Shown piece by piece: positions 37,215 to 50,700 of a stretch of 64,000 bases of DNA. Within the stretch, counting starts at the first letter, position 1, and every line of letters starts with the position of its first letter. The stretch is from Ophelia neglecta (taxonomy: Eukaryota). Under the pieces are notes generated by a model. It saw nothing but the letters and a program-made list of their open reading frames with translations. It did not search any database and was not told the origin of the DNA. Position numbers and translations under genes: made by a program. The DNA is taken from NCBI GenBank assembly GCA_965285935.1, contig OZ260665.1, positions 31,310,001-31,374,000 of the forward strand, read 5' to 3'.

Positions 37215-40200
37215 TTAAAGATTTTAATTGGCTAATCAGATGTATGGACATTATGAATCGCAAACGCTGTCTTGTCATGCCGCTTCTAAGACTGTGTAGC
37301 TGATGATTTGAATGTCAACTGTGGGAAAATTGGTTTGTATTTTCCAAGATGACAATACAGACAGTTATATTTAAGTCAGCAGGCTATCAGATACAAAGAA
37401 ATAAATGCGTGTTTGACATATGTGTGATGGGCGATGGCAAGTGCTTACGAGCAACACAACACATGTAAATGTCCAAGGTGTTGATCTTGGTGGCTTTCGG
37501 AGCATATCAAAGATTCCTTCGGCAATTGTTCTCGCTGACCAGCTATACTGACAAAGAATAGATAGTCTCTTTATAATTTAATTTCCCATAAAACATTTAT
37601 AGAATAGTGTCCATACCCTCAGGGGTATCTTGATATGACACATCAACTAGTGTAGCAAAATTTCCCCTAGCTAGTAACTTTACCAGTAATTGTATCTCAA
37701 CTTTGTAATATAAGACTGATGATTTTAATATCTTTCATTCTGAACTTGATGTGTTCGGAGTCATTGCTGAAATTTTGCATATCAGTTGAAGAAGCAGTGT
37801 CCCCTGGCAGTGTTCTCTCAATATCTAAAAATCTGTGAACAGGAAATTAGAAAAAGTGCAAAACTGGCTGGAACCTGTCAGTTGAGTTGTGCTGAAAGCT
37901 GTGAGATTATTCACTTGTTCTTTCATTAAGTTCAGTGATTCCTAAACATCTGTAAGTAATGCATTGAACCACATAGCCTCCAAAGCTCAACTTTTTTTAG
38001 GGCAAATGATTCCCCTTGTGTCTGTTTTGAATAAGGCATATGTTTAAAGCCACATCGAAACGAGATCCTCGGAGGTGAGCGGGGGATGGCAACATATTGT
38101 GGTGTAAAAGTGCCAGATCAGAGAGGCCGAGGGCACCGCTTTAGCCCTCGGAAGCCTGGACAAATATTATTTGACAGTTTGGTTGACTAATACAGGGCGT
38201 GCGGGTGGGAGTTGGGGTGCTAAGGATGTGTAAGGCGTTAACACCGGCTCCCGAGTGGCTCCAGAGAGGCTCCGGAGAGGCTCCTGAGTGCTTGGGCACT
38301 ATCTGGTGTGTCTGGGTTGGCCCATGGACATTGTTTCTGGGTATAAACATTGGCACTTAATTTTTAATCCTATTCGCTCTGACATCAACTGGGAGTGCAT
38401 CCAGCATTGCCACTCACAGTGTATTCTACGGTTGGCTTACTGTATGTGAATATAGGCTTAGAAAGTTTTGCTGGCCTTCTTGTTTTCGTAGAATTTAAAG
38501 ATTGGATTTTTAAAGAAAAAAGCAACACTCATATTACTCCCAATAACTTTTTAACAGGTAAACTTATTTGAAAAGACAGTTAAATTAAGATTTTTAAGTT
38601 TCCTGCAAGACCATGTTTTGTATTGGCCAAATGAAGACAGGACAGCACATTTATACAACAGCCAACCTTATAACAGAAGTCGGTCCTGCCACACCTTGGA
38701 TTATGGGTCCACCGAGGCCCATTGCCTCCCCTCCTTGCATGATGGACAATGATCAAGTTTGCTTGGTGTGCCATGTCAATTATAGCCCATGCACATTTCA
38801 TTACAGTATTAATTAAAAACCAAGAGATCAGTGATCTTCATAAATGCTACTGGTGATAGCTGTGTGGTCCCCGAGGGGCCCCTGCCGCTGCCAGATCAGC
38901 CCTTGGGGGTTTCCTGCAGAGCTGGGATCATGCTGTTATAATAGATATTTACGATTATCATGCTACTAAGCCTGTCTCCTGTACTTTCAATCCCTCAGCC
39001 TACATGACATTGTACATGTGACTCTCACTTCCTCTCTGCCTACCCTTTCCAAATGCACTCGGTAGTCTTGAACATTTTCCTGAAAGGTTCTTAACACTCT
39101 AGTTGTTTTCCATCTAGGTATGGATTTTTTTTACTAGAAAAGTCATTAGATATGCAGTAAAAAGTCTATTAATTTTAAAATTAATTCATAGTTGCCATTT
39201 TTGCCTCTTGATTGAGAACTTGGGAGCACCTTTACTTCATCATCAGCGATATCAGGTTTATTTCTTGAAATTAAATTTGCTGATTTATGGCATTCTTCTT
39301 AGATGTGTATAAAACTGATATAAGGGGAAATACTATAGGCGGTAAAAATTATTTATTGTATATATATATCCAGTGTACCAGGTTGCATCTATCTCTAATA
39401 TCTATTTTAATCATGACTGAAATTCTTTGCCTCATGATTTGACTGAAGTGTGATTCACTTTTTTGAATATTAAATTTCATTATACTTTTATCCAATTTAT
39501 TTAATAGAGGCACAATGAAGTATCGTTCTCTTTCGGTGACAAGGCTCCATGCGTCTTGTTTTGAATGAGAAAATTACATGTTACCAATTTGTATCTTCCA
39601 TTTTGATATAAAGGAGAGTTCAAAGCCTAGGATTTGCCAGCATAAATACAGGGAGATTCTGATTTCTGATACGACTCATGTGATATTAGTGTCACAGGGT
39701 GCAATTTATTTCAAATTTATTTTTGCAATCTTTCAAACCATACAACATACATTGCAATAAATTTTAATGGGAGATGCATGCAACTTCTCTGATAATGGGT
39801 TGATTCATATAATTACTCATATAAATAAATATCAACTTCTTTGCCCCGACAGTTGCCATTGAGGGTATATAATCATACTGCTAACATTTGATATTGTCAC
39901 CTGTGTGTCGACCAAGTTGATACTTTCATTAAAAGCACCGCAAATCACCATATGTGAACTTCCTCCGCAAAGCTTGAATTCTCAGGGTCAATTGAGACCC
40001 TTCTCTCAGATATAATTCTTGATCTGGGAAAATGCCAGCAAATGCCCCATCAAATTAGGAGACAAGGACCTGAATGGTCTTTGTAGGATAATGACTGGAT
40101 ATGGTTTAATAATTGGTCAGCCAAAGTATAAGGGCTAAGCCACCATTTGCCATCTTAGATTACACCATGATTACTCACATGGGATACAATAAAGCACACC

Positions 40201-41672
40201 AGAAAAATGAGAGGTGGGAGAGGGCGGCACATGGACATGTACTACTAGTCAGAGGACACCAAGCCAAAAAAAGGCATGTCAAACGCAAAACTTGTCATTG
40301 TTGCACACTTTGAAAATTGAAACTGGAAAAACTCAGGCAATATAATTTGGTGGTAAAGTGAACAGATGGGCGCTATTTACCATATTGTACTAGTGTTTTT
40401 TCAGTTTAATTGATACAGTTTGATTTAAGAGATAGTGGCCAACTGGTGGGATGGGACAATTCATCCTGTGGTGTTGTACCAGCCGTGGACATTGTTGCTC
40501 CCCATGCTAGATGTCAACCCTCATGTCAGCCACAATAGACAGAGCCCTTCTGGCCAGTGATAGGGACCTTCCCACCTTCTATCACCATATGACCAGCACA
40601 GGGGCGAGGAAATCAAAGCCCCGTAGCCCCGGGGCAATGTAACTTTATATCATCACCTATTGTCTGCCAACAGACAACAACGTGTCTCGCAAAGACAATA
40701 TCATCACATATAATTATACAGGAAGCATCATTTATCATTCACAAAATAGAGGATTGCAAATTTATCCTCAGCTGCTTGTCTACTCCTGTCTATATTCATT
40801 TATTTATTATGTTTTGACTGGTTTTCAATTGTGCTTTGAACTTTGAATTCAGTAATAACTAGTTCATGATGAGTCAGATAATGTAAGGATATTCTATACG
40901 TAATTGCAAAAGCAGGACTTCTTTCCTCTTTAATGTGATCATTGTAACAGCCCTTAGGGTGCTGGCCAATGACATGCCACAATTTTAGAGAAATCCTTTT
41001 TGTAGTTTTTGGACAAATTTGATCTACTATGATGATGTCTTTGCGGATTATTTTACCTATCTCAAAAGATGAGAGGGAATGAAAAATGATCTTGTCATTG
41101 TTGCAACTGTATGCAACAAAGTATTATAATGATGGCTCAGACAGAATGGGACTACTTGAGATAATGTGTCTTGTCTTTACCCTCAATGAGATATATCAGA
41201 TCACATTTCCTCTAGTCATCTTTAGGCGGAAATGGACGGAAAATGGACATCATGCAAAACAACTTTGAAAGTAGCCTTTAATGGCTGATCGCATTCTGCT
41301 ATCTAAAAGTTTGATCTTTTCTTGTCTATTGTCCTATTATCTGAGAATATCTAGCAAAGAAAGACATCAATATGGCTGTGTAATTTAGTTGAATGGTTAA
41401 AAGGATATTCGTCTCTTTGATTCCCATATTATGCTGATTATCTTTCATTGTTCCTACACGCATACCTAAGCATAGCTGAAACAATCCCTCACCGCCTTCT
41501 TCAAGTTCTGTTTTCCTTCCCACTGCACATCGTGGCAGTACTACTAAAATGTTGCAGGTAAAAATGCAAATCATTGTAACTTTATAGTTGACTAATCTCA
41601 GAAATTGATTTAAAACTTTTGACATACATTATTTAATTGTTCCTAACTAACTGATACCCTTTTATTTTGCAG

Positions 41673-41745
41673 TTGTATGAACTTTCCGATGATTCAAAGA
41701 GAAGAGAGTTCCTAGATGATCTCTTTTCCTATATGCAAAAACGAG
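41673..41745 (+). CDS. ARID3: ARID3/dri exon (LYELSDDSKRREFLDDLFSYMQKRG), N-terminal helices of the ARID domain
   Basis: Branch-like ctaactaac at about 41643, acceptor ttttattttgcag, donor G|gtaaga. 73 nt, too short for the ORF track. Confidence 0.96.
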
Positions 41746-44700
41746 GTAAGAAAACATGTTACATAGTAGACTTAATATAATTTAAGATAGAAATAAAGCT
41801 TGAAAAGGAGAGTATGATATTCCTATAAGCTTAGTTTTGTTATATACATGTAATTTAAGAGGATGGTATCAAGGGCATGCAAGCCTACTCTCTCTTTGAT
41901 TTTTGTGTCATGCACTATAAAATTATTTGACTGGCGTCTGCCCACAAAAGCAGTTGGCCAAAATTAATATTCTGCTTGACAGTATGGTGATCTTAATACT
42001 TAACATGCAATCATGATGGCTCCAAAGCTTCTACGATGAAATGCCATGGCAGAGGTTCAGTCAGGATACACACCACATAACGCCTCCCTCGAGAAAATAA
42101 CACCTCCCCTTCAATTTAAATGTTTATATAATAGCCACATAGGGTAGGTTATTTTATAAAAGCTGTAATCTTCAAGAAAGTATGTCTGTGTTTACAACAG
42201 ATATGTTTGCCATTGAAACAGTAATTCAATTTCATCCTAGTCATATGCATTTTACATTGAAATTTTTGTCATAAAATATAAAAAAAAAGGCATATAATTG
42301 AACAAATTTATGCAAAGGAATGAGTTTCACTTCATGCAAATTGTTGTAAATTACATAGATTTATATCAAAAGCAAAACAGAACCCATATACTTTGTCGAG
42401 ACATAATTTTAAGATAATTGTTATCCAGGCACTAAATAAACTGAAATTGTATCTAAGGGCATAAATCTAAGTACTAGTAATCATTTTCTATAATTTCTAG
42501 CATATGAATGAATTTGATTTTTTGAAAATTGTAAAAAAAATGCTGATAAGAGTTGCACGCCTGCTCCCCACGATAATTAGCAGGATGAAAGCCAGATCTC
42601 TTTAGGTGCCGAGCTGTCTCAGCAAATTGCCCTGTTTTTGTTTATAAGCAATATCTGATTGTCTATATATTTCTGTTCACACTGATGATCAAGATAGCTA
42701 GCCTGATTTCTTGTATTTCCCCATGAAGATAATGGTGGTGGTTTATTCCTCTATGGTGTATGTACCAGGTACCACTCAGTCCACAAGGATAGCCACAGAG
42801 CCAACTAAATAATTCTTTTGTACTCCCTACTTCAGTATTGTGGTTAAAATTCATTAAATAGAGTTCTACCGGGCATGTCTCCTTAAACAAACAAGTTCTT
42901 ATTCTTTTTCATCAACAAAATTGCAGGCAATGATGAGGATCTTTTTTCCGCATAAATCAGGAACTATGTGACAAGTTTGCCTCGCCATCCCACAATTATG
43001 ATGGCGGCAACGACAAATAAAGTTTCTGCATGCATTGTTGCAGGGAGAAGGAATTTGATAATAAGCAAAATTCTCTGTGTGCCATTTGATAGATATGCTA
43101 GAAGGTCAGATGTCGATGTGAATGTCTGCAGGGTATTGTCATATCCAGGCATATATAGTCATTTCTGAGATGATTTGGCCAACAGGTGGACCATAATCAC
43201 TGGCAGGTCATGCTACCTTTATATGTAAATCAAGGCAAGGACCTTGTTGTGCATTAATTACTCAGCCACAAGGAGCCTTTCAAGAGATGGCTTGTGGCAT
43301 AAAACAACCATCATCATGAAATGAAAATATACTTCATAGAGATGTGTGATGTCCTTTACACAACAAATGACCACTTTGTGTGGCTCTAAATAAAAGAAAG
43401 AAAGGGCAATCACCAGCTTGGTATCTTGATTAAATTGAATTCACCTGGTCTGTGAATAGGAAGTCAAGGCACATTAATGACAGCCTTCACACCAACGAGC
43501 CTTTCATCATGTCAGAGCACAGTACCAACTCACACCTATTCCCAGCCAAAGTCTTATTGAATTTTATGTCACCTGATGAACGTAAACTTTGCTAATCTTG
43601 GGTGGTTCATGGCCTTGTCTATTGTTTACAAATTTTAATGGATTTGGAATTTAAATTTTGCTTGATAAGCCAAATGATTTTTTTTTATGTCTTCTTAAAC
43701 CATATGCTGGAATATGTACCTTTTTAAAAGTATATACCTACTTTTATAGTGTACAATTCACCTTTCTATAATTCATATAAAATAGGGAGACAGTATACGT
43801 ATCTAGTTGGAATTTCATTTTCTGTACTCTTCTTCCTTTTGTGTTGGCACAATAGCTGAACCCCATTAAATACATATTATAAACATGTTCCATAGGCCAA
43901 TTTGGTCAGTGTATCAGATAAGGCAATTTATATGCCATTAACACAATGGTCATTACAGAGGATTGGGCTGGAAATCAGCTTGGATTTTTGACATCCCCTC
44001 CCAAATTGGGCACTGCAAATTGCCCTATACACAATTTGCCCATCAAATGCCACTGTAATTGTCAGTGTGCTTTTGCTGAAGATGACACTGGACTCACGAT
44101 TCATTGAACAGAGAAGACTGCCTCACCGATTCAAACCACAAGTGCATGCTCACCGCGGAAAAGGAAATCATCTCCAAACAATGGTGGCTTTCATGAGTGC
44201 ATCAAAAGTGTATCAAAATGCTGTTAGAATCAATTACAGAATTAGGTGGTAGATTATTGTGTCTGTTTCTTTGTGCTTTGCCACACGGCTCATTAACCAA
44301 GGGTTACCTGGCTTGAAAGCCACCCCAATTTGTTTGCTTTTATTGCACAGTAGGATGTCCGCTGAACACTGCCTTAACTTAATTAATTCTCCATCGTGTT
44401 TTTAAAGCTAACCACCAACTGACTGAAGATTAATGTTCTATGTGAATTTGGGACATAAAATCAATGCCACTGGCCGTACCTCTTGTCTTTTGCTGCTAGA
44501 AGAGATTATGTTATTGCCTGCCCAAGCTCTTTCATATCTGTGTAGGAGGTTGTGGTGCCTTTAACAGGGAGGGGGGTATTTGATGATGATTTGATTGCCC
44601 AAGTGGGATTAATGTCTTGATCCTTCATTGTTAGGTATTGAGATATAAAGTAGATAATCTGGTTACACCTTGCCCCTACCAGCCATTACCTTGTTAATCT

Positions 44701-47700
44701 TTGCCACCTCCCAGCCACATCAAGGACATGGTTATGGTGATAAACGGGCCCAGTTCTTTTTAATACAAAACCTGGGCTTGGGATTAATCCTATAGGTGAT
44801 TGGAGAACAACAGAACAATAAGACTAGTTAATATTCTGTTTATCAATTGTATTAAAAAGTTGTTATAACTGTGTTTGCAGTATGCACTACCAACAATTAA
44901 GGTAACATTTAAAACAAAGCAAGGGTTAAAGAAATGAAACTGGGTAATTATAGCAAATTTTTCATATTCAGCATAAGATTGTACATGCAAGGTAGATAAA
45001 CCTGGACTGTAGGTAGTGAAGTGTAAATCCAAGCTCCCTAGGTACATGCTCAAATCTTGGCCCTATCTCTGCTATTAAGAGAGAAAAATAATATCAAAAC
45101 CAAGGCATTCTTTAGGGTTTTAGGGAAGACTTTACCCATTGTATTAGCACATGTGCCTGAGTTTGTAGCTGGAAGTCAGTGTTTTGATCCTCTTAGCCTG
45201 GTACTGCTAGCAATTGACAGAATTGTGATCTGGCTGGCCTCCAGAAGGAGACTGCAGTAGTGTGGAGGGCGATCACCAGGACGGCAGGATAATCACTGAA
45301 TATGTCAGCCTCAGACGTGAGATGGCCTTTATTGACGGCCACCTTGTCCCACAACCATCTTGTCCGTCTGCTAGCAATACTGCAATAGGGCAAGGGGTGT
45401 GTTGGCCAAACATGCCCCATTCACCAACTCATCTCCCCTCCCTTTACAGACATCAATGCCAGTTTGCCCAACATTAAATCTACGTTATTGCATATTTGTC
45501 TTGTATTGGACTGCCATTTTTTCTCGACAGATCTCCGCATGGGGAGGTCAAATTGCATTTAATTGGTCCTTGGTCGATCTGTGATGAGCAGATTTGGCGA
45601 ATGAATTCGCCAGGAGCATACATTGGGGAGTTCCTATTGTTCTCCAGAGGATTGCCCCAAGACAGGTGTAATATGTATCGCTGCAAATTCTATTTTACAG
45701 CAGTGCTGATTACTTAATGCTGGGTCTTTAATAGTTTTAAAATCACTGCTGAGCCAAATCAGCTGGCCAGCAGTACATCACAGTAGGATGGTACCTGCAC
45801 TTTTTGCAGGCATAAATAGCTAAATTGGCCACTGTGTGTGTTCTCTTGATGATTTGGTCATAAACTATTTGAGTGGAACAAACAGCTTTAGAATGTACTA
45901 CTTTGTGTTCATCTCAAAGTTCAAAATTGTGGCCAAAACTTTGATGGTTTTACTTAAAAGAGAATGTTTTCTTGCTGGACAGTCAAGGGACAGGCTAGGG
46001 TGATGATGTATGCTGGTTCCATCAAGCAACACATTTAGTCTATTAGAGCTAGCTTTCACCTCATCATGTTTATCATTGCATGATATCCTCTTCCCTCGCT
46101 GCACACTTGCCTTATTAGACACCATTTGTAGGGTGGCTACAATCATGGAAATTTCTTGGTTCCAACGACTGTCAAATGCCACAGAGCATCCACGGCATCA
46201 TGTCAATTTCCCTTGTGGCTTGTCCGGGCAAGATTATTTCTGCAGACCATTTGCATTCTAATCAAGTTATCAGGTCTGAATGTACAAACAAATGGGGGAA
46301 TAATACCATAGATCATCTCTGGAGATTAGTGGATCATCTCCTGACTTCCACGCCTCAGACCGCAAAGATCTGCATGAAAACTTCACCGCCACCATCTTCA
46401 CAACTAACTCTGTCTCCAAATGTAGGCAGACCATTATCAACTGCCTCGAAAGCCATTGTATGAAACATTTCATGGGCTATAGACGGATATCGTCTTGAGT
46501 AACTAGGCTCGTTTACCTCGCCTTTACTGGGCTGTGACTCTATGAATGGCCTCTTCAGCAACAGAATAATGGGGAAAACTATTTTTGTAATGTGCCAAAA
46601 TAAAGAAATTGTCCCACCTGTTAGATATGTATAGTTTCTGGACAGAATTCTTTTATCAAGAGGACTTATTTATTGAAGTTAGAATTCTAACGTTTGTTTC
46701 TGTCTAATAGATTGGCAAAAGTTTGATTCTGCTCTGCAGGAATGTAGGTTTTGTTGGTTTGAGGTTTTTACAATAAACTAACAAGATTGAGTCAGTGGAA
46801 GGTAGTTGTTGTTGGTATCTAGAGAGTTGGAGATGGATTGAAGACCACCGACTGTGTGAATGTGTTGGTATCAGAATGTATGAGTATTGATACAGTGCTA
46901 ATCCGGTGAGATTGGGGCGTGTGTTACTGTTGAGTACCCCCCCCCCCCCCCCCCCACAACCAGACGGCGGATACATGGGTAGGCTAGTCTAGCAAGCTGG
47001 TGGTGGTGGATGCCATCAGAGAGCTATAGTTTAGATACAGAGAGAGATGTTTGCCATTGATTGCTGCAGACTGTGGTGATCTGGAGATGTTCCACATCTG
47101 GACCTAATTTATATTGAGATTTGTATAGTCAGTAGATCAGGGTGAATGTGGCTACATAATTTTTCTTGCCAGGTCTGGCTGACGCACCAAGTCGGGGGTC
47201 GTTGGGATGTCAGATGTGCCGCTCTGAGATTACCACCACCATAGGGTCAATTCAATCGAGAACTTCCACTGGCCGAGATAATTGCCCTGGGAGCCAACTT
47301 TTGGCTATATATTGTTGAGAAGTACCAATTACTACTAACAAATCTGGCACAAACCTGGGACGGTCCATTCCAAAGAAAATGTTCACAAAGGTCAGGGGAC
47401 CATTGAAGCAGATAAGAAAAATATATTTCATGATTCAACAATGTGTTCCGATACATGTTTTTTCTGCAGGCTCTTCTTTCTTTGAAGTCGTTTGATTGGC
47501 TGTTGAGGATTGTCCCTGTATGCTTTTTGCTGCGGTGATCACACGGAGTCCATCAAACATCGCAGCGTACTGGGAGCGAGTTCTCCTCCAGGAAACATGC
47601 TTCCAGCTTGATTTGTTGTAATTTCATATTGCTAAGTTATTGGGTTCAGTCACACAATGATAAATATGAAAATAAAGCAGCAGAGATATATGCCCAAGTC

Positions 47701-50700
47701 TTATATCTACAAATATCAGCGCCCAGCTTTGATGTATACTGATAGCACAGTGAAGGCTGTCTGTAAAAACCAGTCAAGCACCAAGCTACGCCAAGGATCA
47801 GAGAAATTGCAGAGTCCCAACAAATTTGGCTGCCATACTATGTGACCCAGGATACTCCCGTATTGCTTTGATATCAAATCGGAATTACAGAAATGTTTAT
47901 AAAGCCGAGTTTTGCACTGGGTTAGCCATACCCCTGTCATGTTGTTGGTGGGTACCGCTGTGTTCATGGGCCCCACCGCCTTCATCGCCCTCCCAAATCA
48001 TTCCACTCCAGCAGGCATATGCCGCCAGGCCGCTTTGATATCATATGTGTTTAACATCATCAGAAATGCACATTTTACATCAAGTAATGATAGAAATGTT
48101 ATTGCTGCAGCAAAAGCTCACAAGATAGAACTGGAGTGCTCTGCTGATAGTTCCTATTTATACACAGAGAAAGTCAGTCTTAATGCCTGTTATCTACCAT
48201 CCAATGTTTTCAGTTGTTCTTAATATCAGACATTGTATTCAGAGTATCATTAAATGTTTGATGGATTTACAAATTTAAGTATATAAGACCACCTTGGTTA
48301 ATTGATTAGATAGAAATCTAGAGGATTTTCTGGAGTAAAACATTTGAGCAGTCACCCGAGATAGTGCTGAGGCATTATGGGAATGTATGTTTATTTACCC
48401 ACAATGCCCCAAGTCCCTGGTGACAGCGTCCACGTGCTGCCCTTAGCTATGTGTCACTGGCGCCGGGTCCCATGTGCTTCTCCTCACAGTAAACATGGCA
48501 GGTGAGAGCATCAGGACTGGCTCTCTTCACAGGAAAACAACTCTCAAGAAAATCAGATTCAGATCTTCATGATATTTTAATACAAACATCAACACGGTGA
48601 CACCAATGTTGTACCACACTAATTCCCAATGTGAAATGTAACTGCTGTGCAGTTTGAGTGTTGGGAGCCAGTAAGTTAGGGGCCAGGCTTGACATTTGTA
48701 TTAATGACCCCCAGCTGATATGGCATGCTGACCACATAACTCTCTGATCTCAGGGTGCTAATAGCTTTATGGAGAAAATATTCACTGTAAATGGGGGATG
48801 ATAAAACAACATGGCCCCCTGCTGCCGTGATATCATCACCCCTGGTCAGCCTCTGTGTCTTATGGAGTGATAGCCTCTCACAGATAACTTGACCATAATG
48901 CACTTCACAGAATTGCTTGATGATTACAAGCATTGATTTATTACCACAGATGGTGTCAACTGAGTTAAATTAACTAAGATTCATTTGAAAATAAATTTTT
49001 TCACAAACCTGTAGATTATATAAGGGACAATGTATGCATTTTTCGTGGCCACTCAGAGGTGTGAAAACAACCCATCAGTTATTTTTGTGTATAACAATAT
49101 GTAACCTTGGTAACAAAAAAAAGTATGATACTCCCATTTTGTCCATACTCAGGATAAACTGTGAGTACTCATAGGTGCTCTCATCTATGTGCTGAGATAC
49201 CAAGAGTGAGTCATTGTAAGTGAGAATTAATTTATACCTTTACACAACTATAGGCCGGTAGTGATAGACTAAGTAGACATCTATACATTATTTCCCTCCT
49301 GTTCTCCTTGATTTGTTGTGGGGTATCTGTGTTGTCAAATTCAGTCTTCCGTGCCAGCCTGATAAAGTTGCTGGCCGGCTGGTAGCTCTGGCCTTTGCAG
49401 TGGCCCATGGCGGGGCTAACAGCCCCCACGCTGGGCACAGGATGCCATCCCTGTCTATCTCCTAGGAGCTCTGATGGCCGAAATCCTAACCCCTCCAATT
49501 AAGATACAAGTCTACTGAGTAATACAAGGATTAAGCAAAGTAATATTAGACGGCCACCAGGATTGTACCACTCCCTTCTTTATAATGTCAAATTGAAGAC
49601 ACTCAATGAATTGTATGGCTGAAACTTTATATCCCGGTGCCAGTTTCCAGGTGTACCTAAATGATCAAATAAGTTACTGGAAATAATGAATAGAAAAGAC
49701 CACCTTGACAGATTTACTTAGTGCGGATAATTATGAAAAATACCCATAATTGATCTTTATGAAGGATGTTATTGTAACTTTTTCCTGATATCAAGCAGTT
49801 GATAGTTTTTAAGCTTTGATCATTGGTCGATTGACTACCCACGGATATCAGAAGCTTCTCTGGTCTTTATCCATCCAGTCTCTATGATTGGCTAATGCAT
49901 CAAGATCTTGCCATGGTCAGTGTTGATTATCACTAATGTAAGTCTGCCTCCTCCAATTGTAGAAAACAGAACATTAACAAACTGTTTGCTACGTCTGCTC
50001 AATTTAATCTGGAGACTCCCAGGAGGCCTCTTAGAACAAAGTCAAAAGTCATCGCATGTCTTGACCCTAGCGTGGTGATTTGAGCTTCTCAAAATTCTCA
50101 CCAAGTGGAGATTGTCTGATTGAGATTGTTGGCTGTGATATGAAACAGGTGATGGGCCAATCTAAAATATGTCTCTCACTTCTGGGCATGAAGCACTCTG
50201 AGGAGTTTATAGGCCCGGATCAAGTGAGTATTAGACTCCGGATAGCATACCTATACTAGGCTTGACTCATAACCTAGACAGAGTCAGAAGGGAAAAGCTT
50301 CCCCAAGGTTAAAGCCTTACTGGTGTGACATATGTAAACCATTGTATGAATTATATGTAAGTTTGAGACAAATTGAGAGCATTGCAGCTTGAAGACCTGA
50401 AAAACATCCCTCTTGAACGATCTTAACATTCAACTAATATTAAAAGAAAGGCTTGGCAGTTAACTTGTGAAGTGAGTTAGTTTTATGAGAATATGCACAT
50501 GTTACAAATGACCTCAGCTCCGGCCAACTTGTAAAACTGAGAAAATTTCACATAGAAAGTGCTCAAAAGATCAAGGGCCCCTCACAACAAACAAGACTTG
50601 TCTTACAAGCACTCATTCACTATCAGACTGTACTCACATAGGCCATAGACACCTGGTACTGTCTGTAGGGGGTAGAAAAGACATAGGGGATAAGGAGGGC

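Larger units (their letters stand above)
25718..41745 (+). other. ARID3: dead ringer/retained (ARID3 family) gene, 5' part; continues beyond the window
   Basis: The spliced junction gives WTFEEQFKQ|LYELSDDSKRREFLDDLFSYMQKRG, the signature start of the extended ARID domain of ARID3A/Drosophila Dri. Confidence 0.95.
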